The translations under genes were made by a program, and so were the position numbers. Below, one piece after another: positions 29,058 through 39,704 of a DNA stretch of 64,000 nucleotides (its first letter is position 1; the number at the start of each line of letters is the position of its first letter). The stretch is from the NCBI GenBank assembly GCA_021399395.1, contig JAAFKJ010000043.1, positions 1 to 64,000 on the forward strand, written 5' to 3'. Origin of the DNA: Candidatus Heimdallarchaeota archaeon. GTDB taxonomy: Archaea; Asgardarchaeota; Heimdallarchaeia; Heimdallarchaeales; Heimdallarchaeaceae. Under the pieces are notes generated by a model. That model worked only from the letters and a program-made list of their open reading frames with translations. It made no database searches and was not told where the DNA came from.

Positions 29058-30947
29058 ATGAACTATCGAAATAGAATGGAAGAAATAATGAGTGGAAAAC
29101 ACCGTTTGTCTGAGGAGGATAGATTGAAAATGGATTATAAACCTGATCAAATTCCTCCTCTTCCTAAAGGTGAAGAAGCTCTAAGACCTTCAACAAAAGC
29201 TGGATGGGAAACAGAAGCAGTCATCCGAGCAATGATTTCTAATCTACATAATGGCAGAGATTGGGAAAAACTGTACATTTATGGTGGGTCAGGCAAGGTG
29301 GCAAGAGATTGGAAAGCATTTTTTGAAACAGTAGATTTATTAAAAACACTTGAACCAAACGAAACTTTGTTTCTTCAATCAGGAGTTCCATATGGTAAAA
29401 TGCAAACAACCAAATGGGCACCAAGATGTGTTATTACAAATAGTGTAATTGTTCCTCATTGGACACCACATTTTGAAGAATTTGTTGCATCAGGTCTCTC
29501 AGTTTATGGACAGATGACAGCTGGTTCATTCATCTTCATCGGATTACAAGGTATTATTCAAGGCACATATGAAACCATAGTAGCAGCGATTAAAGCAGCT
29601 GAGAAGAAGACTGCCTACAATGGACTAGATGATTTTGAGAAAAATCTTATTGTCAGTGCAGGGTTAGGTTTAATGAGTGGAGCCCAACCTCTAGCCATCA
29701 AAATGTGTGGGAAAGTAGGAATAATCGCAGAAGTCAATCCACATCTGATTGATAGAATGTATAATACTGGAAGAGATCAAGGTGCTCCTTATTTAGACTA
29801 TAAGACAGAATCAATTGAAGAAGCTATCCTTATAGCTAAAGATGCTGTTGAAAAAGGAGATGCTGTTTCAATAGGTGTTCTATGTAACGCAGTAGATTTA
29901 CTACATCATTTGGTTGAAAAGAGTATTACCCCCCTTGTCTTAACAGATCAAACTTCAGCACACGATTTGTTGAATGGTTATTATCCGATGGGGATTGGTT
30001 ACGATGAAGCTGATATATTGAGGGCGGAAAGTCCTGAAGAATATCTAGAAAGGTCTAAGAAAACTGTAGTTAAACATGTTAGTCTGATGGTTGAACTAAG
30101 CAAGAGAGGTGCAGAAACTTTTGATTATGGAAATAATATTAGGCAACAAGCTTATGAAATGGGTATTGACGATGCTTTTGATTATTCAGGTTTTGTTTTA
30201 GAATATGTTCGTCCTCTCTTCTGTGAAGGTAAAGGTCCTTTCCGTTGGATGGCTCTTAGTAATGATCCAGAGGACATCAGAAAAACTGACGAATATGCAA
30301 AGAAATTATTCTTTGATGATGAACAACTTGTGAACTGGTTAGAATTAGCAGACAAATATATTCCATTTGAAGGAGGTTTACCTGCAAGAGTATTTTGGGC
30401 TGGATTTGTGGGAAGGGCAGCTTTTGGAATGCTAATGAACAAACTTGTTTCGGAAGGGATTTTGAAAGCCCCAGTAGTAATAGGTCGAGATCATTTAGAT
30501 GGAGGAAGTGTCGCGTCTCCTAATAGAGAAACAGAAGGGATGAAGGATGGAAGTGATGCAATTGGTGATTATCCTGTAATCAATCTAATGGGGAATGCTC
30601 TTAGTGGTGCAACCTGGGTTTCATACCATGGTGGAGGAGGTGTAGGAGTAGGATATTCTCTTCATGCTGGTCAAGTAATTGTTGCTGATGGTACGCGCTT
30701 ATCTCAAGAACGACTTTTCCGTGTTCTTACTTGGGATCCTATGAGTGCAATATTACGTCATGCAACTGCAGGATACGCCAAAGCCATTGATGTGGGAAAT
30801 GAACATAAATTAGTTATGCCTGGACGTAACAACATCAAAGACTTTGATTATGAAGAACTTTACAATCGCATAATTAAACTGGTCAAAGAAAGAACAGGTG
30901 TAGACTTGTTTTCTCCATTACAAGACCTTGAAATTTCTCTTAAGTAA
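29058..30947 (+). CDS. hutU: Urocanate hydratase
   Basis: YGGSGK, YGQMTAGS..IGLQGIIQGTYET, DQTSAHD, FDYGNNIR, GRDHLD, HGGGGVGVG. The start is uncertain (29040/29058/29088). Confidence 0.96.
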   Translation: MNYRNRMEEIMSGKHRLSEEDRLKMDYKPDQIPPLPKGEEALRPSTKAGWETEAVIRAMISNLHNGRDWEKLYIYGGSGKVARDWKAFFETVDLLKTLEPNETLFLQSGVPYGKMQTTKWAPRCVITNSVIVPHWTPHFEEFVASGLSVYGQMTAGSFIFIGLQGIIQGTYETIVAAIKAAEKKTAYNGLDDFEKNLIVSAGLGLMSGAQPLAIKMCGKVGIIAEVNPHLIDRMYNTGRDQGAPYLDYKTESIEEAILIAKDAVEKGDAVSIGVLCNAVDLLHHLVEKSITPLVLTDQTSAHDLLNGYYPMGIGYDEADILRAESPEEYLERSKKTVVKHVSLMVELSKRGAETFDYGNNIRQQAYEMGIDDAFDYSGFVLEYVRPLFCEGKGPFRWMALSNDPEDIRKTDEYAKKLFFDDEQLVNWLELADKYIPFEGGLPARVFWAGFVGRAAFGMLMNKLVSEGILKAPVVIGRDHLDGGSVASPNRETEGMKDGSDAIGDYPVINLMGNALSGATWVSYHGGGGVGVGYSLHAGQVIVADGTRLSQERLFRVLTWDPMSAILRHATAGYAKAIDVGNEHKLVMPGRNNIKDFDYEELYNRIIKLVKERTGVDLFSPLQDLEISLK

Positions 30948-31040
30948 TTTTCTCGCATTTTTTATTTCTTTTTCTTCAATCCTATAGTAAATCTTTAAAT
31001 TGTAAGTTTATCTTAGGAATATGTCAATTTAGTGATTTAG

Positions 31041-31736
31041 ATGAATGATGAAATTACTAAGGTTCTAGAATTATGTGCATCTCAAGGAAGAACCGTACTT
31101 TCCTACGAGGAATCTAGAAATGTATTGTCTTTTGCTGGTTTTCCATTAAACAAGATGGCATTTGCGAAAAATCTGGAAGAATGCTTAAACAAAGCTCACG
31201 AAATAGGTTACCCCATTGTTCTGAAGGTTGTTTCTGAAGATGTGTTACATAAATCTGATTCAGGTGGTGTCAAGATCAATATTGGTTCAGATGAAGAATT
31301 GAAGAAAGCACACGAAGAAATGGTTGAGAGTGTCAAGAATTTCTATCCCTCAGCTAAAATTACTGGGTTTAGTATTGAAGAAATGGTAGAAGGTGTAGAA
31401 TTACTTATCGGAACCAATACAGATGAGCAATTTGGAAAAATGATTGCATTCGGTATTGGTGGGATTTTTGTTGAAGTTTACAAAGATGTATCATTCCGTC
31501 TGATTCCTGTAAACGAAGATGATATTTTAGAAATGATTGCTGAGATAAAAGGTAAAAAGATGTTAGATGGTTACCGAGGGCAACCTAAAGTTGATCAATC
31601 TGAATTAATTTCATTTGTTTTAGGTATTTCTAATCTTATCGAAACTTATCCTCAAATAAAGGAAATGGATCTAAATCCGGTTGTAGCAACTTTAGAGGGA
31701 CTAAAGGCCATTGATGCGAGAATAATTCTTGAATAA
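31041..31736 (+). CDS. ADP-forming acyl-CoA synthetase beta (ATP-grasp) subunit
   Basis: GYPIVLK, HKSDSGGV, FGIGGIFVE, EMDLNP, DARI. Confidence 0.92.
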   Translation: MNDEITKVLELCASQGRTVLSYEESRNVLSFAGFPLNKMAFAKNLEECLNKAHEIGYPIVLKVVSEDVLHKSDSGGVKINIGSDEELKKAHEEMVESVKNFYPSAKITGFSIEEMVEGVELLIGTNTDEQFGKMIAFGIGGIFVEVYKDVSFRLIPVNEDDILEMIAEIKGKKMLDGYRGQPKVDQSELISFVLGISNLIETYPQIKEMDLNPVVATLEGLKAIDARIILE

Positions 31737-31804
31737 TTATACTTTTTCTTAATACAAAATGAAATACTTATTAATATCATAAAATTATGAAACATGGTGA
31801 TATA

Positions 31805-32077
31805 ATGTCTAAAGTTAAAGCAAGTCATATTCTTGTCAAAAAAAGATCACAAGCAGTAGCTATTCTTGAAGAATTACACGGTGGAGCTAATTTTGCAGAA
31901 TTAGCTAAGAAACATTCAACATGCCCCTCAGCGAAGAAAGGTGGAGATTTAGGTTTCTTTACAAGAGGTCAAATGGTAAAGGCATTCGAAAAAACTGCTT
32001 TCTCATTAGGTAAAGGAGAAATTTCAGGTTTAGTTAAGACTGAATTTGGCTATCATATTATTAAAAGAACCAGTTAG
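31805..32077 (+). CDS. ppiC: Parvulin-type peptidyl-prolyl isomerase
   Basis: [33 protein letters not shown]. Confidence 0.94.
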   Translation: MSKVKASHILVKKRSQAVAILEELHGGANFAELAKKHSTCPSAKKGGDLGFFTRGQMVKAFEKTAFSLGKGEISGLVKTEFGYHIIKRTS

Positions 32078-32127
32078 GTTTTCTCTTTTTTTATTTCTGT
32101 AAGAGAGAAATATTTATATTTGATTGA

Positions 32128-32150
32128 GTGTGTGTGAATTCAGCACACAC
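32128..32150. promoter_or_regulatory. Imperfect palindrome between the TATA box and start codon of PDO (candidate operator)
   Basis: GTGTGTG-TGAATTCA-G-CACACAC downstream of TTTATAT (~32113). Confidence 0.45.
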
Positions 32151-32164
32151 GATAGTGATGAATT

Positions 32165-32824
32165 ATGTCAGTAGATGTCGATGATAATATCAAAAGACAG
32201 GTAAAAGAGATTTTCAAACATATGGAAAATGAAGTATCTGTTAAGTTATTTGTAGATAAAGATAAATGTTTGACATGCGCTCAAACAAAAGAAATTCTAG
32301 AATTGTTGGTAGAACTAGCACCAGAGAATAAGCTTGTTCTTACAATTTTCAACAAAGAAGATAATCCTCCAGAGATCGATAAGTATGGAGTGAAACGATT
32401 TCCTACAATTTTACTACATGGGGATGAAGAATACAAAGTTGTTTTCACTGGTATTCCAAGTGGTTATGAATTCGGTTCTCTTGTTGAAGATATCTTGGAT
32501 ATATCAGCTAGAAAAGTTACCTTGAAACCTGAAAATCTTGAAAAAATTAAGAAAATTGATAAACCAATGCACATTCAAGTATTTGTTACTCCAACCTGTC
32601 CTTATTGTCCAGCTGCAGTCCGAATGGCTCACAAACTGGCTATGGCAAATCCTAACATTACAGGAGAAGCCGTTGAAGCAACAGAATTTCCACTCCTTTC
32701 GCAGAAATATTATGTAATGGGAGTTCCAAAAACAGTTATTAATGAGGGAAAAGTTTCATTTGAAGGAGCTTATCCTGAAGATGGTTTTGTAGAAAAAGTA
32801 CTTGAAGCTTATAAAGAAGCATAG
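32165..32824 (+). CDS. Protein disulfide oxidoreductase (PDO, two thioredoxin folds)
   Basis: CLTC and CPYC motifs; GIPSGYEFGSL, GVPK. Confidence 0.93.
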   Translation: MSVDVDDNIKRQVKEIFKHMENEVSVKLFVDKDKCLTCAQTKEILELLVELAPENKLVLTIFNKEDNPPEIDKYGVKRFPTILLHGDEEYKVVFTGIPSGYEFGSLVEDILDISARKVTLKPENLEKIKKIDKPMHIQVFVTPTCPYCPAAVRMAHKLAMANPNITGEAVEATEFPLLSQKYYVMGVPKTVINEGKVSFEGAYPEDGFVEKVLEAYKEA

Positions 32825-32843
32825 TTGCTCCTATAAGTATTTC

Positions 32844-33908
32844 TTATTTTTCTTCACTCAGATCCTCTTTTATGATTTCACTAGGGTCTTGTAGTTCTTC
32901 CTCTTTCTCCTCATCAATTTGATCTTCAGGGGAGACTTCAGGTTCTATTTCTGCTTTTTCTTCACTTATTGAATCTTCTTTAACTTCTTCTATAGTTTCT
33001 TCAACAATTTCTTCTTCTACAGTTTCTTCCTCTTCTTCAATCTCTTCGTCTGGGTCCAATTCAAACTCTTTCTTTTCGTTATACAACTTCTTTATATTTT
33101 GCTTTACTAAGTCAACAGCTGTTTTCTTTTGCATCTCTACTTCCTTTAATTTGAGTTTAACATCTTCTTCTGTCAGGATTTTCTTTGTTTCTTTATCATC
33201 TTCAAGGGATATTGATTCAATATAATCTTTCATCATGGTTAATCTCATATTTAGGGCTTTGAATGATTTATAATCTTCAACCTCATTGATTTGTTTAGGT
33301 AAACCTTGAAGTTCTAAGAGATATTGTTGTATTTGAAATGCAAAATTATCAAGTTCATCCATGGTTTGAAACACTTTTTTCTCAAGTTCTTTCTCTTCAA
33401 TATCTGCTTTTGATAATCTAGCACTCTTAGTTTCTTTATCTGTAAATAGAAGGACGTGAACTTTACCGTAACCATAGAGGAGGATTGGCATAACAAAAAT
33501 CATGATGAAAACTGGAATAAAACAGATAAGAGGAATGGCGATGATAGGTCGTAATCCTTGGAAACTATTAAATAAACTCTCTAATGTTGCTTGAAAATTA
33601 TCTATAGTCTCATGAAGTATAACAATGATCATGCTGTAGAACAAGACAACTGGAATTGAAATTCCAAGTGATTTCAATAGTGATTTCAGCATATTAAATG
33701 TTGTATCTAGAGAAACCTCATCCTTATAGTGATATACACACTCTGTTACAGTTATCAAAGCCACAAGAAACGCGAGTGGTACTTCAAATATTGCTAATAT
33801 TAGAACATCAGTTGAAAATATTGGTATGAGTAGTAAACTGAAAATTGTTGCAATTATAAACGAAAAAACACTTTGATTAAGATTTCTAGACATACTTGCG
33901 TGAGGCAT
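32844..33908 (-). CDS. Hypothetical membrane protein with a coiled coil and acidic tail
   Basis: Four N-terminal TM segments and an E-rich C-terminus. Confidence 0.7.
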   Translation of the reverse strand: MPHASMSRNLNQSVFSFIIATIFSLLLIPIFSTDVLILAIFEVPLAFLVALITVTECVYHYKDEVSLDTTFNMLKSLLKSLGISIPVVLFYSMIIVILHETIDNFQATLESLFNSFQGLRPIIAIPLICFIPVFIMIFVMPILLYGYGKVHVLLFTDKETKSARLSKADIEEKELEKKVFQTMDELDNFAFQIQQYLLELQGLPKQINEVEDYKSFKALNMRLTMMKDYIESISLEDDKETKKILTEEDVKLKLKEVEMQKKTAVDLVKQNIKKLYNEKKEFELDPDEEIEEEEETVEEEIVEETIEEVKEDSISEEKAEIEPEVSPEDQIDEEKEEELQDPSEIIKEDLSEEK

Positions 33909-34029
33909 AGTTATTACTTGGTTGGGATTCTAAAAAAAGGTTTTCCATGAAGGAAACCAGAGTTGCATAATATAGGTTCCAATTCGTTTAGTCGCAATAT
34001 TTATGAAGAAATAACCAATATTAATATTA

Positions 34030-35340
34030 ATGAGAAATAAAAATTTAACGTTCATCTTTGTGTTATTTCTTACATTAACAGTGTTGACTAGTAACAATAC
34101 CTCTTATTCTTTAGATGGTTCTAATATACCTGTAAACACTGAATTACCAACACTTGATGTTCAATATAACGCAACATCTCCTACAGACTTTTTCAATGAA
34201 ACTACCTATCCAAGATATGCACTAGCTGCACGACCAATAGGTGAGATAAAGTATCCAAACAAAGTCAATCCATCTATTGTAACATATGGAAATGAAATAA
34301 AACTCATGGTTTCAGGATCGTCTTCAGCAGTAAATTGGAATTTCACCTTGATAGATGCTAATATTTCATGCTCTCTTGATGTGGTTAGTTCTGAATATAA
34401 AGAAGATATGTGGTATTTTGATACTATACCCGAAATTCAAAGAGAAGGTCTTTACGATTTACAGCTTAATTTTAGTGAAGGAAATGATTATCAGACACAT
34501 GCAATACAAGTTCTTGAGGAACAACATTATCCATTCACTTTCGCGCATGTATCAGATACACACTTTCCAGCTTACTATGAAGAATTCAATACTTCTGATG
34601 TCAATTTGCAGGAAATTGAAAAAATAAAGGCATTAGATCCTGATTTTATCATTGTTACTGGTGATTTGATACACGGAGCAACACAATATTTTCTTAATCC
34701 AGAAACAGGGGAACCGATGAGTGCCGAAATGCAATATAAACTTGCAATCTGGGCTTTAGATCTTTTTGATAAACCAGTTTTTTACATCTATGGAAATCAT
34801 GAATTTATAACTTCAACATTTCTTCCTGATGACCCTGGTACGCAATACTACAAATATTTCGGTGACATTGTTTATCAGAATTTTACATATCTGGATTGGT
34901 CTTTTGTTGGTTATGGTGCTGAATGGGATGGATTATCTCAGAAAGATTATGATATAGTAGCCCAGATTCTTACTCAAAATTCTGACGATGCAACAGTACT
35001 ATACTACCATTATGATTTTGCAGATCATGCATATAGTTTGCTGAAGAAATTTCCTATAGAAGTAGCATTGTATGGTCACCTTCACCACGAAGATTTGTAT
35101 ATGAAGAAGGATACACTTTATCACCAGCAAGCTCCATTGTTTGATCAGGAATTTACTATAATATCAATATTAAATGAAACAAGTCTGAGCATCGATTCCC
35201 AGACATATAATTTCGAATTATTACCTTATGTGCCTCCAACACCAGTTGAAACAACACCAACGGACGAATCTATTTCATTTGGTCCTTTAATAATGATATT
35301 TGGATTAATGGTTTATTACTTTACAAGAAGAAAGAAGTAA
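34030..35340 (+). CDS. Secreted, membrane-anchored metallophosphoesterase
   Basis: Signal peptide; SDTH, TGD, GNHE, GHLH; PT linker + TM + RRKK. Confidence 0.85.
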   Translation: MRNKNLTFIFVLFLTLTVLTSNNTSYSLDGSNIPVNTELPTLDVQYNATSPTDFFNETTYPRYALAARPIGEIKYPNKVNPSIVTYGNEIKLMVSGSSSAVNWNFTLIDANISCSLDVVSSEYKEDMWYFDTIPEIQREGLYDLQLNFSEGNDYQTHAIQVLEEQHYPFTFAHVSDTHFPAYYEEFNTSDVNLQEIEKIKALDPDFIIVTGDLIHGATQYFLNPETGEPMSAEMQYKLAIWALDLFDKPVFYIYGNHEFITSTFLPDDPGTQYYKYFGDIVYQNFTYLDWSFVGYGAEWDGLSQKDYDIVAQILTQNSDDATVLYYHYDFADHAYSLLKKFPIEVALYGHLHHEDLYMKKDTLYHQQAPLFDQEFTIISILNETSLSIDSQTYNFELLPYVPPTPVETTPTDESISFGPLIMIFGLMVYYFTRRKK

Positions 35341-35426
35341 TTTCCTTTTTCCTTTTTCTTTTATCATCAAACATATTTATAATCTACATCGTATAAGTGT
35401 CTGTTGTTCATAGAAGAGGCATTAAA

Positions 35427-36716
35427 ATGCTAGAGATTGACAGATACAAAACATCATTGAATGAAGTTTTTTCAGAAGAAAGAAAATTCGAGTTACAGCT
35501 TCTTGTAGAAAAAGAACTAGCAGAAGCAAATTTTCAGTTAGGGAAAATTCCAAAGGAGGCAAATGATGTTATTCAAGAGCGATGTACTACTAAATTCGTG
35601 AAATTAGAACGTGTTAAGGAGATTGAAAAGGAAGTACACCATGATGTAATGAGTTTAGTTTTTGCAATTGCAGAACAATGCGGAGATTATGGGGAATATA
35701 TTCATCTTGGAGCTACTTCATACGATATTCAAGATACAGTTAGAGGTTTACAATTAAAAGAATCAAAACAACAAATTCTCGAAGCGTTACAACAAACAAT
35801 TGAATTTTCAAAAGAATTAACCTCAAAATACAAAGATTTAGCATGTATTGGTAGGACTCATGGGATTCATGCCATTCCAACTACCTACGGTATGAAATTT
35901 GGTAATTTTCTCAATGAACTATTGCTTGCTAAAGAAACACTTGAACAAGTTAAGGTAGATTTTGGTAAAATCTCTGGAGCTGTTGGTACATACGCTTCAT
36001 ATGGAACTCAAGAAATAGAGAATATAGTTCTGAACAAACTTAAGCTTAGCAATCAACCAGTAACAACTCAAGTGATTACAAGGGTTGTTCATGCAAAATA
36101 CATTCAAGCTCTGTCCTTGATAGCATCTGTATTAGAGCACTTTGCTAAAGAGATTAGAAACCTTCATAGAACAGAAATTGATGAAGTGAGGGAATCTTTT
36201 GATGAAAAGCAAGTTGGTTCTTCTACAATGGCACAAAAAAGAAATCCTGAAAAAAGTGAGAGAATATGTGGATTAGCTCGAGTAATTAGAAGTTATATAC
36301 AGCCTTCATTAGAAAATATCAGCTTAGAACACGAGAGAGATTTGTCAAATTCAAGCACTGAACGAGTTATCCTCTCTCAAACATCAATTCTTACACACTA
36401 TATAATCCTTCAAATGAACAAAATTCTTACTTCACTTCATTTAAACAAGGAGAAGATACGATCCAATCTCTATCTCCGGGAAGGTGCACAATGTGCTGAA
36501 AATCTAATGATAAAACTAACTGATAAGATCGGCAGACAAAAAGCACATGATTTACTTAAGAATCTAGCAAATGAAGACAACTTCACAGAAGCAGTTAAAC
36601 AAAATGATATTATCTCCAGTCATTTTAATGATGAAGAAATAGAACGAATACTTGATCCTATGAATTATCTGGGTTTATCAAAAGAAATAGTACAAAAATT
36701 ACTTGATTCTCTTTGA
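35427..36716 (+). CDS. purB: Adenylosuccinate lyase
   Basis: HHDV, HLGATS, GRTHGIHA, SGAVG, GSSTMAQKRNP, HERDLSNS. Confidence 0.94.
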   Translation: MLEIDRYKTSLNEVFSEERKFELQLLVEKELAEANFQLGKIPKEANDVIQERCTTKFVKLERVKEIEKEVHHDVMSLVFAIAEQCGDYGEYIHLGATSYDIQDTVRGLQLKESKQQILEALQQTIEFSKELTSKYKDLACIGRTHGIHAIPTTYGMKFGNFLNELLLAKETLEQVKVDFGKISGAVGTYASYGTQEIENIVLNKLKLSNQPVTTQVITRVVHAKYIQALSLIASVLEHFAKEIRNLHRTEIDEVRESFDEKQVGSSTMAQKRNPEKSERICGLARVIRSYIQPSLENISLEHERDLSNSSTERVILSQTSILTHYIILQMNKILTSLHLNKEKIRSNLYLREGAQCAENLMIKLTDKIGRQKAHDLLKNLANEDNFTEAVKQNDIISSHFNDEEIERILDPMNYLGLSKEIVQKLLDSL

Positions 36717-36733
36717 AAACCTTCTTCTTCTTC

Positions 36734-39262
36734 TTAATCTTCATCTAAATCTTGAAGTTGCTGTAGAATATTCTTCTCCCCTGCAAGAATTTCTTCCACA
36801 AAAAGATTTTTACTGATTTTTCTCAAAATCTCTAGAAGAACAGTTTCAGGAGAATCATAGGTCTTAGGTGCCCCTAGAATGCTTCTAATCGTTGTTGCTT
36901 TATTCCCCTCCCACTCACTAATGTTGTATTGAATCGTCAAAAGGAAACTTCCAAATTCCTCAATACCTGTACTTGCAAAATATTCAGATGCCTGCACAAC
37001 TATTTCATTATAATCTTTTTCTCCTTTTACAATAAATTGCCAGAGTAAATCAATTAAAAACAATACTCCTCTCAAATAGTAATGTCTAGCTTCAATTACA
37101 AGACCACTGATTAAACCGATGTAGTTGTCAACCTCTTGTGCTACAAATGGATCTCGGAGATTGTCCTTATTTATCTCAATTACAAGAAGTATCAGATTAA
37201 ATAAAATACCCGAAGATATCAGTTTATCAGTTTCCAGTGTTTTTTGAATTGTTGTAGCTAAACTTGTATAAGCCTCAACATATTCTTCATTGTACATTTT
37301 CTTTAAAGCTTCAAGATATACAATCCAATTATCTAACTCACTTATCTCACTTTGTGATTCTTTGAGCTGAGAAAGAACTTCTTCAAAGAGTTCATCATTC
37401 TTTTCAACTATATATAACAAACCCTTTTCCACATACATTTTGTTTAACATTAGTTTAAGATTATTATCAATTAAGTATCTTTCAACATATTTGTAATTCT
37501 CTTTGGAATCCTCAAATTTATTCAAATATAGATTGACTTTGGCTTTGTTCATGTTGATTATAACATTTTCAACGTAATCTTCTTCTTCGCTTAGTAATCC
37601 AAGTACTTTGTTATATCTTGCAAGACTTTCTTTGAAATCACCTTTAATAGCAAGAATATCAGCTATTTTTCTTAAACATCGTATTCTTTTATTTTTATCA
37701 AACACATCTGAGTAGTGACTGTAAGAAGATCTTAGTTTTACTAAAGCTTCATCAAATTTACCTTGCTGAATATCGAAGGAAGCTTGAAGTTCTTTAATTT
37801 CGGCAATTTTCATGCTATCTGATATACGTAAAAAGAAATTCTTTGCTTTTTCAAGATGACCCTCAGCTTTCCTTATATCGCTAAGTTTTGTATAAGCTTC
37901 CGCGATAACAATATCACAGTTTGCTATACTATCTTCATCACCTACCTCGTAATACAGGATTTGACATGCTAAAAGTGTGAATATTTGTTTTCTGATATCT
38001 TCACTTCGATCAATAGCAATCTGAGCTCGAATTCTTAAGGCATCTGTTTTTCCTTTTTGATATTGGATTTCTTCAGAAAGTGTTTCAATTTGATTAGTTC
38101 TTTTAATGGCTGAAACAAAATTCCCTTGTCGATAGTCTCCTACTGCTATTTGCACCAAAGCCTTAGCAAATTGCCTTTTATTGGCTATATTTACGACCTG
38201 ACCGTATGCTTTGTCATATATTTCTTGAGCTTCTTCCTTATTATTTGTAGTTGCATAGCTATCTGCTATGGCCAGCAATGTCATGAAAGTGTTGTTGTAA
38301 TCATGATATTGTTTAAAGAGAGAATGTGCCTTATCCAGGCTGTTTCGTGCTAATTTGTGGTTTCCTAATTTGACCAAAATTTGACCTCTGATATAATGCC
38401 CTTTGGCTGCATAATATTGAGATATTCCTTGGAGTTTATCCACTGTTTGTGCTGCTAGGATGTTTCCATTTTTCAGCTCACCTTTCAAAAAGTGCACATG
38501 TGCTAGTCCAACATCAGATGCACCAATTAGAGGAATATTAGATAGATTTTCTGCTAACTGTTTTGCTTGAGTAAATATTTTTTCAGAAGCTATATAGTCT
38601 GTTGAGTCTAGTTGTTGATCTCCCAATATCTGTAATGCAATTAATTGCCAATACTGGTCTTTTGCTACTTTCCTTTTTTCAGCAAATTCCTCTATTTTCT
38701 TTATTCCAGCGATATTGCTTGCTGACTGAAGATCTACGAGACCTTCAATGAAATCCTTTAATTCAATTAATTGTTGAGGAATTCTTCTTATATTTCTTGA
38801 ATCAAAAATGCCTTCCAATTGATTTTTGTATCTGTCAATATTTTCTGTGTCACCAATTAGTTGCTTAAGATATGTTATCCAGAAAATTGCTTCTATAAGA
38901 GGGATATTATCGGATGTTTCATTTTCGATTACCTGCTGAAGCAAGGTTATGGCTTCATCTACTTCACCTATCTCAAAAAGAGCAACACTACCCCAGACCT
39001 TAGTACCAACAATGGTGTCGGTTATGGATTTTATAGCAAGATCATATTGACCTGTTATTACACCTATTTTACTAGCTAAATATCTTAGTTCTTCATCAGT
39101 TTCATAGACTGGATCATCAATAATGTTCCATAAAATTCTCCCTATTTGCTTTGAGGATTCAGCTGAAAATCTTCCTTCAAGCGTTTGAACAATAAAATCA
39201 GTTAATTCAGGACTTATACGATTTCTGTGAGCAACAATCTCGGGGGGTATAGAATCAGCCAT
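36734..39262 (-). CDS. Large TPR / alpha-solenoid protein
   Basis: Repeated ~40-aa helical units with TPR-like A/G/Y patterns (e.g. GDFKESLARYNKVL). Confidence 0.75.
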   Translation of the reverse strand: MADSIPPEIVAHRNRISPELTDFIVQTLEGRFSAESSKQIGRILWNIIDDPVYETDEELRYLASKIGVITGQYDLAIKSITDTIVGTKVWGSVALFEIGEVDEAITLLQQVIENETSDNIPLIEAIFWITYLKQLIGDTENIDRYKNQLEGIFDSRNIRRIPQQLIELKDFIEGLVDLQSASNIAGIKKIEEFAEKRKVAKDQYWQLIALQILGDQQLDSTDYIASEKIFTQAKQLAENLSNIPLIGASDVGLAHVHFLKGELKNGNILAAQTVDKLQGISQYYAAKGHYIRGQILVKLGNHKLARNSLDKAHSLFKQYHDYNNTFMTLLAIADSYATTNNKEEAQEIYDKAYGQVVNIANKRQFAKALVQIAVGDYRQGNFVSAIKRTNQIETLSEEIQYQKGKTDALRIRAQIAIDRSEDIRKQIFTLLACQILYYEVGDEDSIANCDIVIAEAYTKLSDIRKAEGHLEKAKNFFLRISDSMKIAEIKELQASFDIQQGKFDEALVKLRSSYSHYSDVFDKNKRIRCLRKIADILAIKGDFKESLARYNKVLGLLSEEEDYVENVIINMNKAKVNLYLNKFEDSKENYKYVERYLIDNNLKLMLNKMYVEKGLLYIVEKNDELFEEVLSQLKESQSEISELDNWIVYLEALKKMYNEEYVEAYTSLATTIQKTLETDKLISSGILFNLILLVIEINKDNLRDPFVAQEVDNYIGLISGLVIEARHYYLRGVLFLIDLLWQFIVKGEKDYNEIVVQASEYFASTGIEEFGSFLLTIQYNISEWEGNKATTIRSILGAPKTYDSPETVLLEILRKISKNLFVEEILAGEKNILQQLQDLDED

Positions 39263-39333
39263 TAGTTAATCCTTCTATAAGCAATGATTATAAAATAAGG
39301 AGAGTTAACAATAAAAAAACTTTATGTAACTGA

Positions 39334-39582
39334 TTAATCCATCTTTAGTGCTTCAAGATTAACATTTACTACCTGTTCAATTCCAGGAATTCTTTCCTTT
39401 AGAATTCGTTCAACATATCCAGTTAATGTTAATTGACTATATGGACATCCTCTGCATGCGCCTTGTAATTCTACTCTCACAATTCCAGTGTCCTCGTTTA
39501 CATCAACAAGTTCTATGTCCCCTCCATCTTGTTGAAGAGCAACACGAATTTCATTAAGTGTATCTTGAACTTTATCCTTCAT
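39334..39582 (-). CDS. NifU/NfuA C-terminal domain protein
   Basis: LQQDGGDIELV, LQGACRGCP. Confidence 0.92.
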   Translation of the reverse strand: MKDKVQDTLNEIRVALQQDGGDIELVDVNEDTGIVRVELQGACRGCPYSQLTLTGYVERILKERIPGIEQVVNVNLEALKMD

Positions 39583-39704
39583 AATTATCACAAATTTATT
39601 TGATTGTGAAAGCGTAGAGAGATTCATTTAAAGATGTTTCTCTCATACAAATTTTCAGAATTTGAATAGCTCATTCTCTTAAATTCAGAATAAACCTTGC
39701 TGCT

